From positions 1-64,000 of the IMG/VR virus record IMGVR_UViG_3300027969_000073: a stretch of DNA of 64,000 nucleotides. One strand, 5' to 3'. Every line of letters starts with the position of its first letter. Within the stretch, counting starts at the first letter, position 1. The translations under genes and the position numbers were made by a program. Origin of the DNA: a virus. Shown piece by piece: positions 27,201 to 39,000 of the stretch. The notes beneath the pieces were generated by a model. The model was not told the origin of the DNA and made no database searches. It was given only the letters and a program-made list of their open reading frames with translations.

Positions 27201-30095
27201 AATAGCTATATCATACTCTCCCATAGTAATTTTAGCGTCTAGTAATTTAATTTCATATTCAATTTTAGATATAGTATCTTGGCTTTTAGCTCCTTTTTTG
27301 AGCATAGCCATACGTTCAATCAATTGATCACGGGCTTCTTTTAAAAAGGTTTCTTTTTGAGTAAGTAATTTATTCTTTTTTGCTTCATCAATTTCTTCTA
27401 TTTCTTCCTCTGGTTCTGCTTGTTCTGCTTCTTCACTCAGCTGATATAAAATTTCTGCTTCTTGTTTTTGCTGCGCAATTCTTGCGTTAGTCTTTTCTAT
27501 TCTTTCATTGTTCAGAATAGAAGTAGCAATTGGATTAATAGTATTCTGTAAGTCAATTCTAGCTTTAGCGTTTTTGCTAAAAATACCTTTTACCCAATTA
27601 ATGAATTTAGTTTTGATAGCATTTACATAAGCAGCAATTCCTTTACTAGCATTATTGGCAGTTTCACTATTTTGGAATTGATTAACAATTTCTTTAGCTA
27701 AAACTTTACCTAATGCTTCTTCACGAAATTCTTCATCTGTAGTATAGACATCTTTGTATTCTTCTAGAACTTCTCCATACTCGCTTGTCAAATGAATATT
27801 TTGTATAGCTCGAAGTACAGAAATATCTCCTCTATCTTTTAAAATTCTAATAGCAAAGTGAGCTACCTCTTCAGGTAAAGTGTCGATATTTCTACCGTCA
27901 GCTAAACCTATAAGTTGATTCATGAAATCTACTACTCCTAAAATGTTATTTTCGTAGCGTCCTTCAAAGCGCACCATCAAATCTTCAACAGCTTCAATAG
28001 CAATATCATTATTTTTTGCCCAAACTCTAAGTTTGTCTTCTAGTTCTTTAACAGGAGCTTTAGTCTCTTGTGTAGTATTTTGCTGAGCTAAACTAGTTCC
28101 TGCTGGTACAATGTAATAACTTCCATTGGCAGCTTTTTTAAAACTTAAAGTCCCTGCACCGTTTACTTTATTGAAATCTCCTACTAATTGTAAAGCTTCT
28201 CCATATTTCATTGGATTAATGAAGCCTTCTTTATTAGCATTTACTTTTTTAAGAATTCTTGCTTTAGCTTGAATTGCAGTTTCTTTTTGGTATAAAATAG
28301 TAGCTCGATCTCTTAGAGGAATAATTTCTACTTCATTCCAAGTATTACCATTTTCGTCTGTAACTTGTTTTACACTGTTTTTACCAAATTGTTTATTAAG
28401 AACATTAGTTACTACATTTTCGTAAAAGTTGTAAATAGGTTTAAGAGCACCAAATCCTTCTGGTCCTTCAACTCTTTCAAGTTCTTGTTTAAGTTGGTTT
28501 ATTTCATTATTATTTTTTTCTTTTTGTTCAGATAAATGTCTGTTATATGCATCAAGCAATACATTAGTAGCAGTAACAGGCTTAGTTTCATTTGTATCTA
28601 AATATGTAGCAATAAAATTATAATTACCATTTTCATTTTTTAAATAATCAACTTGGACTTTTCTATTTCTTTGAGATGTGAATTTAAAACTTATTCTAGG
28701 AACTTGATTAGCATCTGTTACTGGCTTATTAAAATGATTATTTTCTTCTAATTCTTTAATTCTATCTTCTTTCTCTTTTTTAAATTCTTCTAAAGTAGTA
28801 TGTCCTTCAACTTTACTAGCTGTATTACCACTAGGGAATAACACTTTCTCATAGCCTTTTTTAGCAGAGTCTTGAATAATTGATTTAACAAAGAATGTTA
28901 CCCAGTTAGAATCTTTATTTAGAAGTTGTAAAAAATCATTTTTTGATACTGGGTTTTTACCTATTTTATTTTTATAAGCAGTTATGAAAGTATCTCTATC
29001 TAAATATTGAGAAGTTCCAATAGTTAGATTTTTTATATTTATTGTTTGAGATCCTTCTAATATATCAGTTACTTCAATTAAGCCTTTATCTGTTTCAAAA
29101 GTATCTCCTACTTTTAAATCATAAGATGTTAAATCAAAACGTTTTCTACCTTTTTGAAACAAATCAGATTGCATCTCTAGTATTCTACGAGTAGTAGGAT
29201 TTTTAACAAAATCATAATTTTGACTACCGTAATTATACATCTCTAAAATTTCATTTTCATCGGTTTCAATTTCATCAGCTTGATCAGGATTTTCAATTAA
29301 CCATCCATTATCTTGTTTTGAAATAGTGTAGTTATTAACACCAACAAAAAAATTTGGAACCTCAGAAATATTTTTAGCAGGAGTTCTTAATGTTTTTGAT
29401 TGGTCATCTGAACGAAACCATCCAATACCTTTATCTGTAGCAAACTGAGCATGTCCTTTAATAGAAGGTGTAATAGCTGGTGTAGCTATTTCATTCTCTG
29501 TATAATTAGTTCCTCCTGGAACTGTTAGGTTAGAGTAATATTGAGTATTTGGATTTGTAAAAGCATCATTTTTAGCTGTTTCATACTCAATAAAATCAAT
29601 AAATTCATCATCTTTTAAATACTCATTATCTTTATACTCATAAATAGAACCCGCAAAAGTAAATTCTTCGTTATTTCCTTCTTGTATTACTTGTTTTTCT
29701 TCGTTAGTTTTAGCAGTATTAATCTCAACAGTATAACTATAATTAGCAGCAATAGCCGTAGCTATTTCGTCCTTAGTCATTCCTTCTTTAGCTTCTTGTC
29801 TAAATAACTCAAGTTGTTGGCTAGAAATTCCTTGTTTTTGAAGGTCATTTATCCATCCTTGAAGTTTGTCTTTAGTAAAAACGTTTCGTTGAATTTTAGG
29901 AAGAGCTGTAACAACTCTTAAAGTTTGATTAATTTGTGAAGGGTCAATATTCAATTCCCCTAATGTAGGAAATCTGTCAACATTATTTTCCTCCATCCAA
30001 GTACTAATTTTAGCTTTTAGTACAGAAGGATCTAATTCAGTACTTGCTAGTAAATCTAAGTACTCAGGATGAGAAGTGTTTATACAGAATGCCAT
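24243..30095 (-). CDS. Giant virion/ejection protein (polyvalent-protein-like domain, zincin-like EExxH)
   Basis: 1950 aa, directly downstream of the RNAP gene; GGTNY...EMQSDLFQKGR...AKKGY motifs; LPEEVAH...EEALG. Confidence 0.75.
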   Translation of the reverse strand: MAFCINTSHPEYLDLLASTELDPSVLKAKISTWMEENNVDRFPTLGELNIDPSQINQTLRVVTALPKIQRNVFTKDKLQGWINDLQKQGISSQQLELFRQEAKEGMTKDEIATAIAANYSYTVEINTAKTNEEKQVIQEGNNEEFTFAGSIYEYKDNEYLKDDEFIDFIEYETAKNDAFTNPNTQYYSNLTVPGGTNYTENEIATPAITPSIKGHAQFATDKGIGWFRSDDQSKTLRTPAKNISEVPNFFVGVNNYTISKQDNGWLIENPDQADEIETDENEILEMYNYGSQNYDFVKNPTTRRILEMQSDLFQKGRKRFDLTSYDLKVGDTFETDKGLIEVTDILEGSQTINIKNLTIGTSQYLDRDTFITAYKNKIGKNPVSKNDFLQLLNKDSNWVTFFVKSIIQDSAKKGYEKVLFPSGNTASKVEGHTTLEEFKKEKEDRIKELEENNHFNKPVTDANQVPRISFKFTSQRNRKVQVDYLKNENGNYNFIATYLDTNETKPVTATNVLLDAYNRHLSEQKEKNNNEINQLKQELERVEGPEGFGALKPIYNFYENVVTNVLNKQFGKNSVKQVTDENGNTWNEVEIIPLRDRATILYQKETAIQAKARILKKVNANKEGFINPMKYGEALQLVGDFNKVNGAGTLSFKKAANGSYYIVPAGTSLAQQNTTQETKAPVKELEDKLRVWAKNNDIAIEAVEDLMVRFEGRYENNILGVVDFMNQLIGLADGRNIDTLPEEVAHFAIRILKDRGDISVLRAIQNIHLTSEYGEVLEEYKDVYTTDEEFREEALGKVLAKEIVNQFQNSETANNASKGIAAYVNAIKTKFINWVKGIFSKNAKARIDLQNTINPIATSILNNERIEKTNARIAQQKQEAEILYQLSEEAEQAEPEEEIEEIDEAKKNKLLTQKETFLKEARDQLIERMAMLKKGAKSQDTISKIEYEIKLLDAKITMGEYDIAINSFVKLAQEELASIYNILDKAVKNQKANTGVVSMSQNFVDMYSNLFRTFLVNIHEWGIPREERNELISAIHNATNLIPLILPKVNALAKIEGVRVLVEANTDQFGNKIDPNFDEEKAFDDTKEDMSAYRLQVGNFKYSDSKLIQSATRIIFDSIARVKRFTVGTANDLLAAQEAMLKAGGKIEDLIEYDADDKPTNYLAREYYWNRYYQKLAETKKEIAEKLQFDNYADINSAYLSKEDRKIYSEMWSSFFKDNSVEKTVTEEDASGKVSSFKIKVPNESYKNTDFKKITSNPATKAYYDLLVAKKTEAVKKLPIHYRKESTVYMLPSILKSTVDRLSSKQEGFMSKIGNLVRDSMFLDPDDTQFGQVSVLNNKMVPIFFIKPLKSSKDLSYDLARTFTLFSEMAENYQEMNKISGDLGVINIAMAQKNYIKGNVRKKGSEGANEYKALETLMDTHVFGIQSKSALATKPIPENKWTKATGIAGKQFSWAKASKLFSNFIKDNNLAFGITTAISGFLKGSGDAIIDDHVGLYTTHDSKNWARMEFMSNIPQVVSEAGRARQTNKMHLIFQENQIASLEKMLYNTTSNRASRMLLNKDILYSTYATGDYGLKGRTTLAMYDNHRLYKGKFITRAKFYEITAKEGNVANDSKHQKSVKEQWKGMRKDSLYNAYEVVNGKLQIKPEFEQYVTDGVLNSVNGKVDHLTHLIDGTLSATDKGALSRTIFGDYLLMHRGWFIGMIDTRFTREKINRITEEEEIGTYRATGSFLWNDVAGALLVDKTGLQGAMASWKNLSPARKRGVQKTALDLLYLNIVSVLAAMANIAADGSDDEDWTMQYTAYQLNRLLLEQGAAWSPAELVQMIDEPVVGARMIKDLLDMGEAFNVTEVYEGGMYEGDSHAAKWWFKKLPIRNLYEMQYPEMKNKFIKEMVDSKVYELMSPRQKANVGLLGTLKNWAIPHGLSSDGYDPIPAAVDELSQDEETDNGFN

Positions 30096-30098
30096 AAT

Positions 30099-33000
30099 TT
30101 ATTCTTTACAATTTTTAGCTTGCCAAATAGCAGTTTGCTGTTCATTTGGTGATAAAGATAAGAAATTTTCTTTATTCATCTTTCCTCCAGCTGCTGTGTA
30201 TTCATCGTAATCTTTATTTCCAATTGTTTCAAATATTCCTAGTCTTTGAGATAAAGAAGTATCTACCATACTTGATAAAGCATTTGGTTTATTAACAACT
30301 GATTTAGTATTTAAATTTTCTTCAGCTAATTTATTTAAACCAATCATAAACTTAATATCATATCCTGCATCTTTGATTGATAATTCTGCAATTTTTTGTG
30401 GTATTTTATTGTATGAAACTGATCCATCTTTACTAATTGAAATACTGAAATCAGAATATTTAAAATCAATAGAATTAGCATTATAAGATATATTTGGTAT
30501 ACCTAATTTATCTAAAACATATTGTTTGTATTCTTCTCTTTTTTGTTCAGATACATTTGACGGATTATAATTATAATCAGCATTTACTTTTCCTGTACTA
30601 GTAACTCCTTTAATATCTGCTAAATTTTGAGTAACAGGTGCTACAGTAGTAGGAATTGTCTTAGTTTCATCAGGTTCTAATGCAGCTGCTGTTATTTGGT
30701 CCATGAAAGAATCTTGCATACTTTGAATAGGAGATTTAGGAGTTTCTGTTTTGTTTTCTTTTAAACTAGAAACATTAAGGTCTCTATTGTAGTCAAACTC
30801 AATTGCAAAATTACTCTCTCCTAAACTTGTTAATGGTACATAAGTAGCAGTAGTTAAATTAGTTCTTCCATCAAAATCAGCAAAATCATTTTTAACATCG
30901 AAGTCTGTTTTTACTAATTGGTAAATAGTAAATTGCTTACCTTTTTTAGCTACTTTAATAAATTCTACTGGTTGAGAGTTATTAGTTGTTGGAGTAAGTT
31001 GACGATTTTTAGACAAATTAACAATTAAGTTTCCTTTTGCAGTTTTAACTATTCCATTTTTAGATTCTTTAGCAGCTAAAGTTAAAACAGAATTTTCTTG
31101 TTCAGGAGTTAAGCCTTTCTCTAAAGGATTTGTTGTTACATCTACTTTTACAGTATGAGTGAAAGTTTCTTTTCCACCATGATTCTGCATAAATTGTCTC
31201 TTAAATCTTTTCTTTATTTCCTCGTTTTTATTAATACCTGCAGCTAACGCAGTTTCTAAGAATTTATTAAAGGTTCTTCCATTAACATCAACAATGTTAT
31301 TAGCTTCTTGATAAGCATCTGACCAGAATAAAACTGGTACAAGATTAGAAAAAGTAAAAGGCCCAAAGCCGTAACCAGCTGAGAAGTAAGTGTACTTAAC
31401 TAATTTAAGTGCCATTTCTCTTACTTTAGGGTCAGAATCTTGTAACATGCGTTCCCAAGATTGTCTAGCATATTGACGGTCTAGTGTATCTTTTCCTGTT
31501 GCGTAGTATTGAATTCTTTTAATAGGAGAATAATCATTACTATCTACTACATATAAAGAATCAAGTAACTTTCTATAAGGAGAGTTAATAGGAGTTTCTT
31601 TTTGCCATTTAACTAATTCATCAGGAAGTTTAGTCAAAATCTCATTACTTTGAGAATGCTTAAAGAATGGGAAAGCAGAAGCTAAGAAATTGATGTAGTT
31701 GATATCAATTAAACTTGCTTCTTTTTCTGTCAAAGAATACATTTCTCCTTTTTGGTCAGAGAATTCATTCTTTAATTCTCCTAAAGCAGAATATTTTATA
31801 CGACCTGTAGTACTGTCTACTTTTCCAATTGCAGAATAGATTTTATCGAAAATGTTAATAGGTTCAATAAGACCGTATTTAGTAAATGCAGGCATCATTA
31901 TTTGTTCAGAAAAAGGACTTTCTATAAATGCTTCTTCTAATCCTTGAATACTATTAGTATCTTTCTCTATCTTACGAAGTAAACGATCTTGTTTATTAAT
32001 AGTAGTATAGTTATTTGCACTTGCAGGTCCTACTCCTTTAGTATCACTTTTAGAAGCTTGAATACCCATAGCTAACTCTGAAGCAATGCTGTGGTATGTT
32101 TCAAATGCTTGTAGAACATTAAGTTGATTTTGATAATATTCTAATGTACCTGAAGGTAATAAATCTCTTTCTAAAATTTCATTACTAAAATCTGTACTTG
32201 TGTCTGCTTCTACTTCAACTCCTGCTTCTTTAATTTTATTTGCTAACAAAGTTTTCCATCTACTCATAGTAGTTCTAAAGTTTTTGTCATCTGACAAAGA
32301 ACCTTTATCGTTAAAGTAGTTTCGAGTTAACTCTAAAATTACAGGCTGATTTAAGAATGCAAATACAGTTCTTTCTTCTACTCCTAAACGTTGTAACATA
32401 CTTTGCACATTGGCAGTATATGTATTCATGTTTAAGAATGATGCTACTGGGTCATTGGCATTATCCACAGCTGCTGCTACGTTACTTGCTAAAGCTTTTG
32501 AAATACGAGTTCCCGTAGGACTTTTAATTTGATTTAACTCTGTGTAAGGAATTCCATTAAAATAAATAGGAACTTTTAGCTTCATATTAGTATACTGAGC
32601 TTTAGCATGGTGTACGTTATGATTAGCATAAATACCAATTAACTCTTTACCCGTCATACCTCTACGGAATAACTCTGATTGTGTAGAAGGATAGTTGATA
32701 TTAAAGTTATCTCCTTCATCTAAAACACTTGCAGCATCTAATAGTTCACTACCTGTTAAAGTAGCTTCTTTCTTTTTACCTGCTTGAATCAAACGAATTC
32801 TTGCAGCATTTTCTTTTAGAACATCAAAGTTTCCTGGATTTAAAATAGCACTAGCTGTATTTTTGTTTGCCAAAATTCCTTGAATAATTTCAATTTTCTT
32901 ATTGTCTCTTGCAGCAGTACTATTATATTGAACAGCATTGAACTTTTCTGACATTAATTTTTTAGCAATAACGTCTATAACATCTTGGTGTTTTTTCTGA

Positions 33001-36000
33001 ATCTCTTGAGAAGTCTCATTGAATGGTAAGTCATTAGAAATTGCTTTATACAAAGTATCAATTTCATCTTGAATAGTTTGTACAAAAGCACTATCTGGGC
33101 CATACATTAATATAGCTTGCTTCTTACTATCTTTTAATATTTTAACATCATCAAATAATTCTGATTTTTCTTCTTTAGTAAGTTTTTCAGGCAGACTGTC
33201 CATTAGTTCTCTACGAACATTCAGCATTTTTTCAAGGTTATTTCCTTCAAAATTAGTTTTTACAAATCGAGAAAAATCTCCAAAGTTTTGGAAGATGCTT
33301 TTTGCTAATTCCTTAGCTTCTGACTCACTATCTAAAGTGCTTTGGAACTTAGTATACTTTGGCTTTCCTTTAGTATCTACAGTGAAAGAACGCGTCATCA
33401 GATACGTTTTATCAATATCGAAATCGAGACCTGCAAGAGTAGTAATTTCTCTAGGTAAGATTAGCATACCTCCCATTTCAGGGGGAGTAAACCCTACAAT
33501 TTTAATATTAAAAGTAGAATACTTATCCTCATTAGGAATACGTAAACCAATTATTTCTAATAGCTCAGGAGCTGTTTCTCTAATAGTGTCAATATCTACT
33601 TCTCCATCAGCATTTAATGGGAAATATTTTCTTGAAGTCCAAGGCATCATTGCTTCAAAAGTAATGGTCCCTGTTTTTTCATCTACAATAAAATCTAAAT
33701 TATCTGCTATTCCATAAGAACTGGCATTGACTACTGCTCCACCAGATATTTTCTGTTTAGTAACTCTGTTTTTAAAGAAAGAGTTCATCACTGCTTCCAT
33801 TTTATAGGAAATTAATGGATGATAAAGAGGTAAAGTAGTACGATAATCTTTGTCTCCATTCTTTAAGGTAACTTCAATTGGAGCTAAAGCATCTAAATAC
33901 TCTTGGCCCATATTTCTAGAAATCACTTCTTTTCTAAGTTCTTTAGCTAATTTCTGATAATCAATATTACCATCTGGCTTTAAGAACATTTCTTTAACAT
34001 CCTCAAAAGAAGTACGTAAATCTTCCACAACTAGTTCTTGATATAGTCTTACTACATCTTTACCTTTCATAGTTTGATTATTGATAGTATAATCTCCTTC
34101 AAGATCCATATCAGCAATAATCAAGTTACGTAATTGAGTACTAAAGTTTCCTTCTGAATCTATAAAGTGCTCAGGGGTTTCTTGTTGTAGTCGATAATCT
34201 GCTGCATTTAATACTACAATTTCAGGATTTGAACTTAATTTATAAGAACCATCTTTTTGTTTTGTATAAGTAGCATAGTCTTCGTTACCGTTTATAAACG
34301 ACTTACTACCACCTACTTTAATTGCTGATTCAAAAATAGCACTGTCAACAGTTGTTGTTGTACCATCTTCATTTTTAATACCATTCATTAAAGTATCGTA
34401 TACAGCTTCTAGTTTTGCAAATTTAGCAGCTAATGCTCTTGTAAGTACTACTTCAGAGTTTTTAATTTGCGCAGGTACTACTGTACCATTAGAAATTCTA
34501 TGGGCAAAATAGTAAGGTTTTTCAGGTCTAAATAAATCAAACTCAGTGATATCTAAAGGAATACCTTTTAATTCTTTATTATAAGCAATTTGATGTGCAT
34601 CTGTCCAACGATTTAATCCTTCAAGCTGTGCTTTTCTACGATGAATACTAATCATAGTAGCACCGTCAGTAGTATTGTTTCCTTTATATTCACTACTCTT
34701 AACATCAGTTAATCCTGCTGTCCAAAGAGTAATTAATTTTTTCTTTTCTTCTGCAGTTAAATCTGAACTTTTAATAATTTCTACAATAGCTTTGCTAGTA
34801 GCAGCTTTTGTAGGAAGTATTTCATCTTTTAAAATGATACTATTAAATGTATCAGGAATTCCTTCAGTGTTAGTAAACATACCAGGACTCATTACTTGCT
34901 TGTAACGTTTCTGGAAGTTGTCTGTATTTTTATAGAATGCTAAATCACCTGCAAAAACTGTAGTTAATTGCGTGTTCATGTAGTAAGCATTGTATAAATA
35001 GTCTGTAAAAAATGCAGCTTGGTCTTTTATCTTGTTGCTGAGTAATTTATCTGCAAAAGTAATAGCGCCTGTAACAGGGTTAATTGATTTAATTACACCT
35101 GTTTTAAGATAAGATTGGTATTGCAACTGCAAGTAATCTTTCTCCATAAATTCTTTGATAGCTTCTTTAACTTTTTTCTCATCAAATCCTTTTTTGAAAT
35201 CTAATTTATTTAAAAAAGACATTGATTGAAACTTAACTCCTCTTTTTACATAATTAGGAACTAATCTTAAAGGACTATTTGCAGGCAAGTTCTTTACCTT
35301 TACTATTCGAGAATATTCTGCTTTAGCATTTTGTAATAATCTATTTACAATTTCTTCTTTATCAAATCTTCTTGCAGTGATAAAAGGAATTGTAGGGGAA
35401 TCTGCAGGAATAGGGAGTTTGAAACGACTGATTCCTCTAGCACTTTTTCCTGAATTATAGAACATACCTAACTCAGTAACCATTAACTCGATATCAGACA
35501 TTTCAGTATAGTTTACTGAACGATTCTTTCCTTTTCGTACTAGACCATCTAAGACTACTGCTTCTAAAAGACTTCCTAAATCTTCTTCAGGATTTGCTAA
35601 GTCTTTCAAGAAAGGAAGATTTTTCATATACTCATCTCCCTTAATTTCCTCCATGTATTGAGCAAACTTTTTAGGGTCCTTGAATTTATTTAACTGCTTA
35701 TTTAAGAAGTTAGATAAAATTAAGTTATAAGTAGTTTTACCTTTAATACTACGGAAAACTGCTACTACTTCTTGCTCTAAAGCAGGTTGTAGAATAGTAG
35801 CTAATCTTTCGATATTGTTTTTATTTTTCTTAACTTTTGGATCTACTACTAATTGTTCAGGTCTTGCATACAAAAATGGATTATTTCCTAATTCTAATTC
35901 ATGTGCAATGTCTGAAACTACATTGATTAAGTTGATAATATTTCCCCAAGAAGCTTTTCTAGTTTTACCTTTAGTAGGTTTCCAAACGTTAACCAAATCT

Positions 36001-39000
36001 TCTGGTGTCAAGTTGATATAAAGTTCTGCAAAATCTTTTGACATCATTTGAAATAGAAGGTCTACAGCTTTTTCAAATGTTTCATTTTCAACACGATTAT
36101 TAACATCAGCAGCTTTTTCTTTTAAACTTTGTATTTTATCAAAAATTGCTCCTGCTTTTTCTGTATTTACATTTTCAAAATTTCTAGCACCATTTTTATC
36201 TTTGCCAAATAATGCATTTTCTTGTACTAAAAAATTAGCAACAATAGTATCTTTAATAATTGCATCGTATGTTTGACGGTTAGAATTTACTACACTATAG
36301 TCTCCGTCTTTTTCATAAACAAAAGAAAATGTAGCAAAATTCTTTTGACCAATTGCTAACCATAAATCTGTTTTTAATCCAGGGTCTAAAGCAATTTGGT
36401 CTGCAATATGAGGCATAAATGTTTTATCATTTATGATTCCATCAATTTTAGCCATCATATCTGCAACAGAATAGCTGTCTGAGATACGAGATAATAAGTA
36501 TCCAAAAATATAACTAGGGCTTTCTTTCTCTTGAACGTTAAACTCATTCAATAAAGGTTTCCCATTTGCATTATATTTAGGGATTGTAGCAAAGAAACTT
36601 TTTAGTTTTTGACTCATAGAAATTTTAGGGTCCATTTCTATGTAACCTTTCATCCATGAATTCTCTACAGTGTTTTCTTCTTGAGCATCCATGAAATCTT
36701 CTTCATCAGGTTTAAAGTCTACTGCACTTTCTTCTACTGTGTTAAGAGACATTGTAATTCCTCGAAGAGTCAAAGACTGATTAAATCTTTCTAATAAATC
36801 TGTAGGACGTTTGAATTGTAAGAATTTACTTCCTTGAATATCTACTTCTTCAACGTCTTTTAAGTTATTGGTTAAAACCCCAACAAGTTTTTTCAAAGGC
36901 AAAGCAGCACTTGTGTTTGCTGCAATGTTAGCTTTAGTATCTGCGTAAATCTGAGAAACTAACATAGTGTAGAATTTATCTACTCCTAAGTCTTTAATAA
37001 TTTGTACATCACCTTTGAATTGATTTTCTTCTTTGCTACGAATAACATTGAAGAGTTCATCCATTACTGTTTGCATGTATACAAAAGCTTGACGTTCTTC
37101 TTCTGCAGAATTATATTTTTTATCAGTATTAACGTCCTTAGACATCATTCGAGCACTAGTAGGAAGTACTGTATTTCTAAATTGAATAGAATTTTTATAT
37201 GCTCCTAAATCAATGTTTTCAAAAATTTGTTCAATATCAAATTGACGATTACGACTAAAGAAGATTTGAATCATTCTATTCATCCCTTTAAAAGTTTTGA
37301 AAATCTCTTTAGCTTTTGATTTTTCAGCTGGGTCTACTTGCTCTTTAGCTTGCATGTATTCCATAAACTTATCTGCAAGTACTTCTTCTATTTCAATATA
37401 AGTTGGATATTCATAAGTGGTATTGCCCTCAGAGTCTACAATCTTTTTCAATGGTAACTCATCAGGATATTTTTCCATTGCTTCGTTAAGAATACGAATT
37501 CTTGAACGTAATGGCAATGCTAAATTAAATACAATGTGAAAAGCTTCGTGAAATTCTACACCAGCATCTGCATTCTTACTTAAAAATAAAGCAGCTTGAG
37601 TAAATAGACCGTGAAGTTCTTTTCCATTTTTACGTGCTTCTAAAAGCATTTCATAGGTTTCTTTAGGCAAATAGTTTTCTAATGCTTCTAAAGAATGGAA
37701 AATGCGTACTGTGCCCTTACGGCCACTTCCTCTTTTGTATGCTTTTCCTAAAGTTCTTTTTAACCATTCTAAAGCTTCTTGTTGATTCCATTTTGTACCA
37801 TCAACTTTAGGCTTTAACATAGTACGTACCTTGTCTGATTCAGGGCCGTTTTGTCTTTCTGTGCCTGTAGAATCAATATCAAAACCTAAATCAAAATCAT
37901 CAAAATTATCTACAGAAGTAGGCTCTTCTGGAGCAATTTCTGTACTGCTTGCAATAATACTATCTAAACTTTGTTGCTCTGCCACAGGAGGAGCATCAGG
38001 TCTATTAGCTGCACTTTCTGAAGCTGCTACATCTACAGCACTTTTTAAGAAATTACTTGTAGCAGTTTTGATAATTGACTTTTTCTCTTCTGTTGGAGCT
38101 TCTGTAGGAGTTTCTTCTTTTTTTACAGACTGAGGAGTTTGTAATTTTTTTATATCTTCTCTAGCAAAGAAAGCTTTAGTAGCTTCTTGTGATTCTTTAT
38201 TGTTTATAGAAAGTACCTGAACAGTTGGGTTTCCTCCTTTTCTAGGAGTTATAGCTAGTTTTTGAATAGACTTAATCGTTACTACTCCATTTTCTACAGA
38301 TGCAATTACTCTTGCAACTAAATTAGAATTTGGAATATTAATATCTCGAACTACTTCTTTATTAGCTATATCAACAGCTGCTGTAACATCATTGATTGGC
38401 GCACTAAAGATAGGGCTCTCATTTTTCTTATCTTTTGTGTTATTAACAGGCATTGTTCTAGACAATGCAAGATTAGAAAATTCGACAGAAGCTTTAGAAG
38501 TAGGCATTTTTGCCTCCATAATTAGCTCTACATTAGCTCTGTCTTCAGGGGACATTTGGTATGCCTCAATTACAAAAGAGCTTGAGCTAAAAAAGTTTCC
38601 ATCTTCTGAATATAAATCTGTAGTAACAGCTCCAATTTGTGCTAAAGTTTGATTATAAGTTCCACTGTTAATCTTATCCCAATCACAACGATATAGTAAT
38701 TCTCCAATATAGTTTTGTGCCTCTTCAGCAGTATCAAATAATTGACTTACTACTTTACCTAAATTATTATCTTGTTTACTTACTAAGATTTTATTTGTAG
38801 TAGTTCTTTCTACAGTAGTGTGGTAAAGCATTTTTTCAATTTTTCTACGTGCATTAAGAATGTCTTGGCTTTCTACAGCTTTTAACAAATTGGCTAAAGC
38901 TAATTTAACATCATTAAATTCTGTAGTTTCTTTAACTTTACTAGAACGTATTCGCATAGGATATAAACCATATGCAGAAGGAACCATCATGTATGGAATA

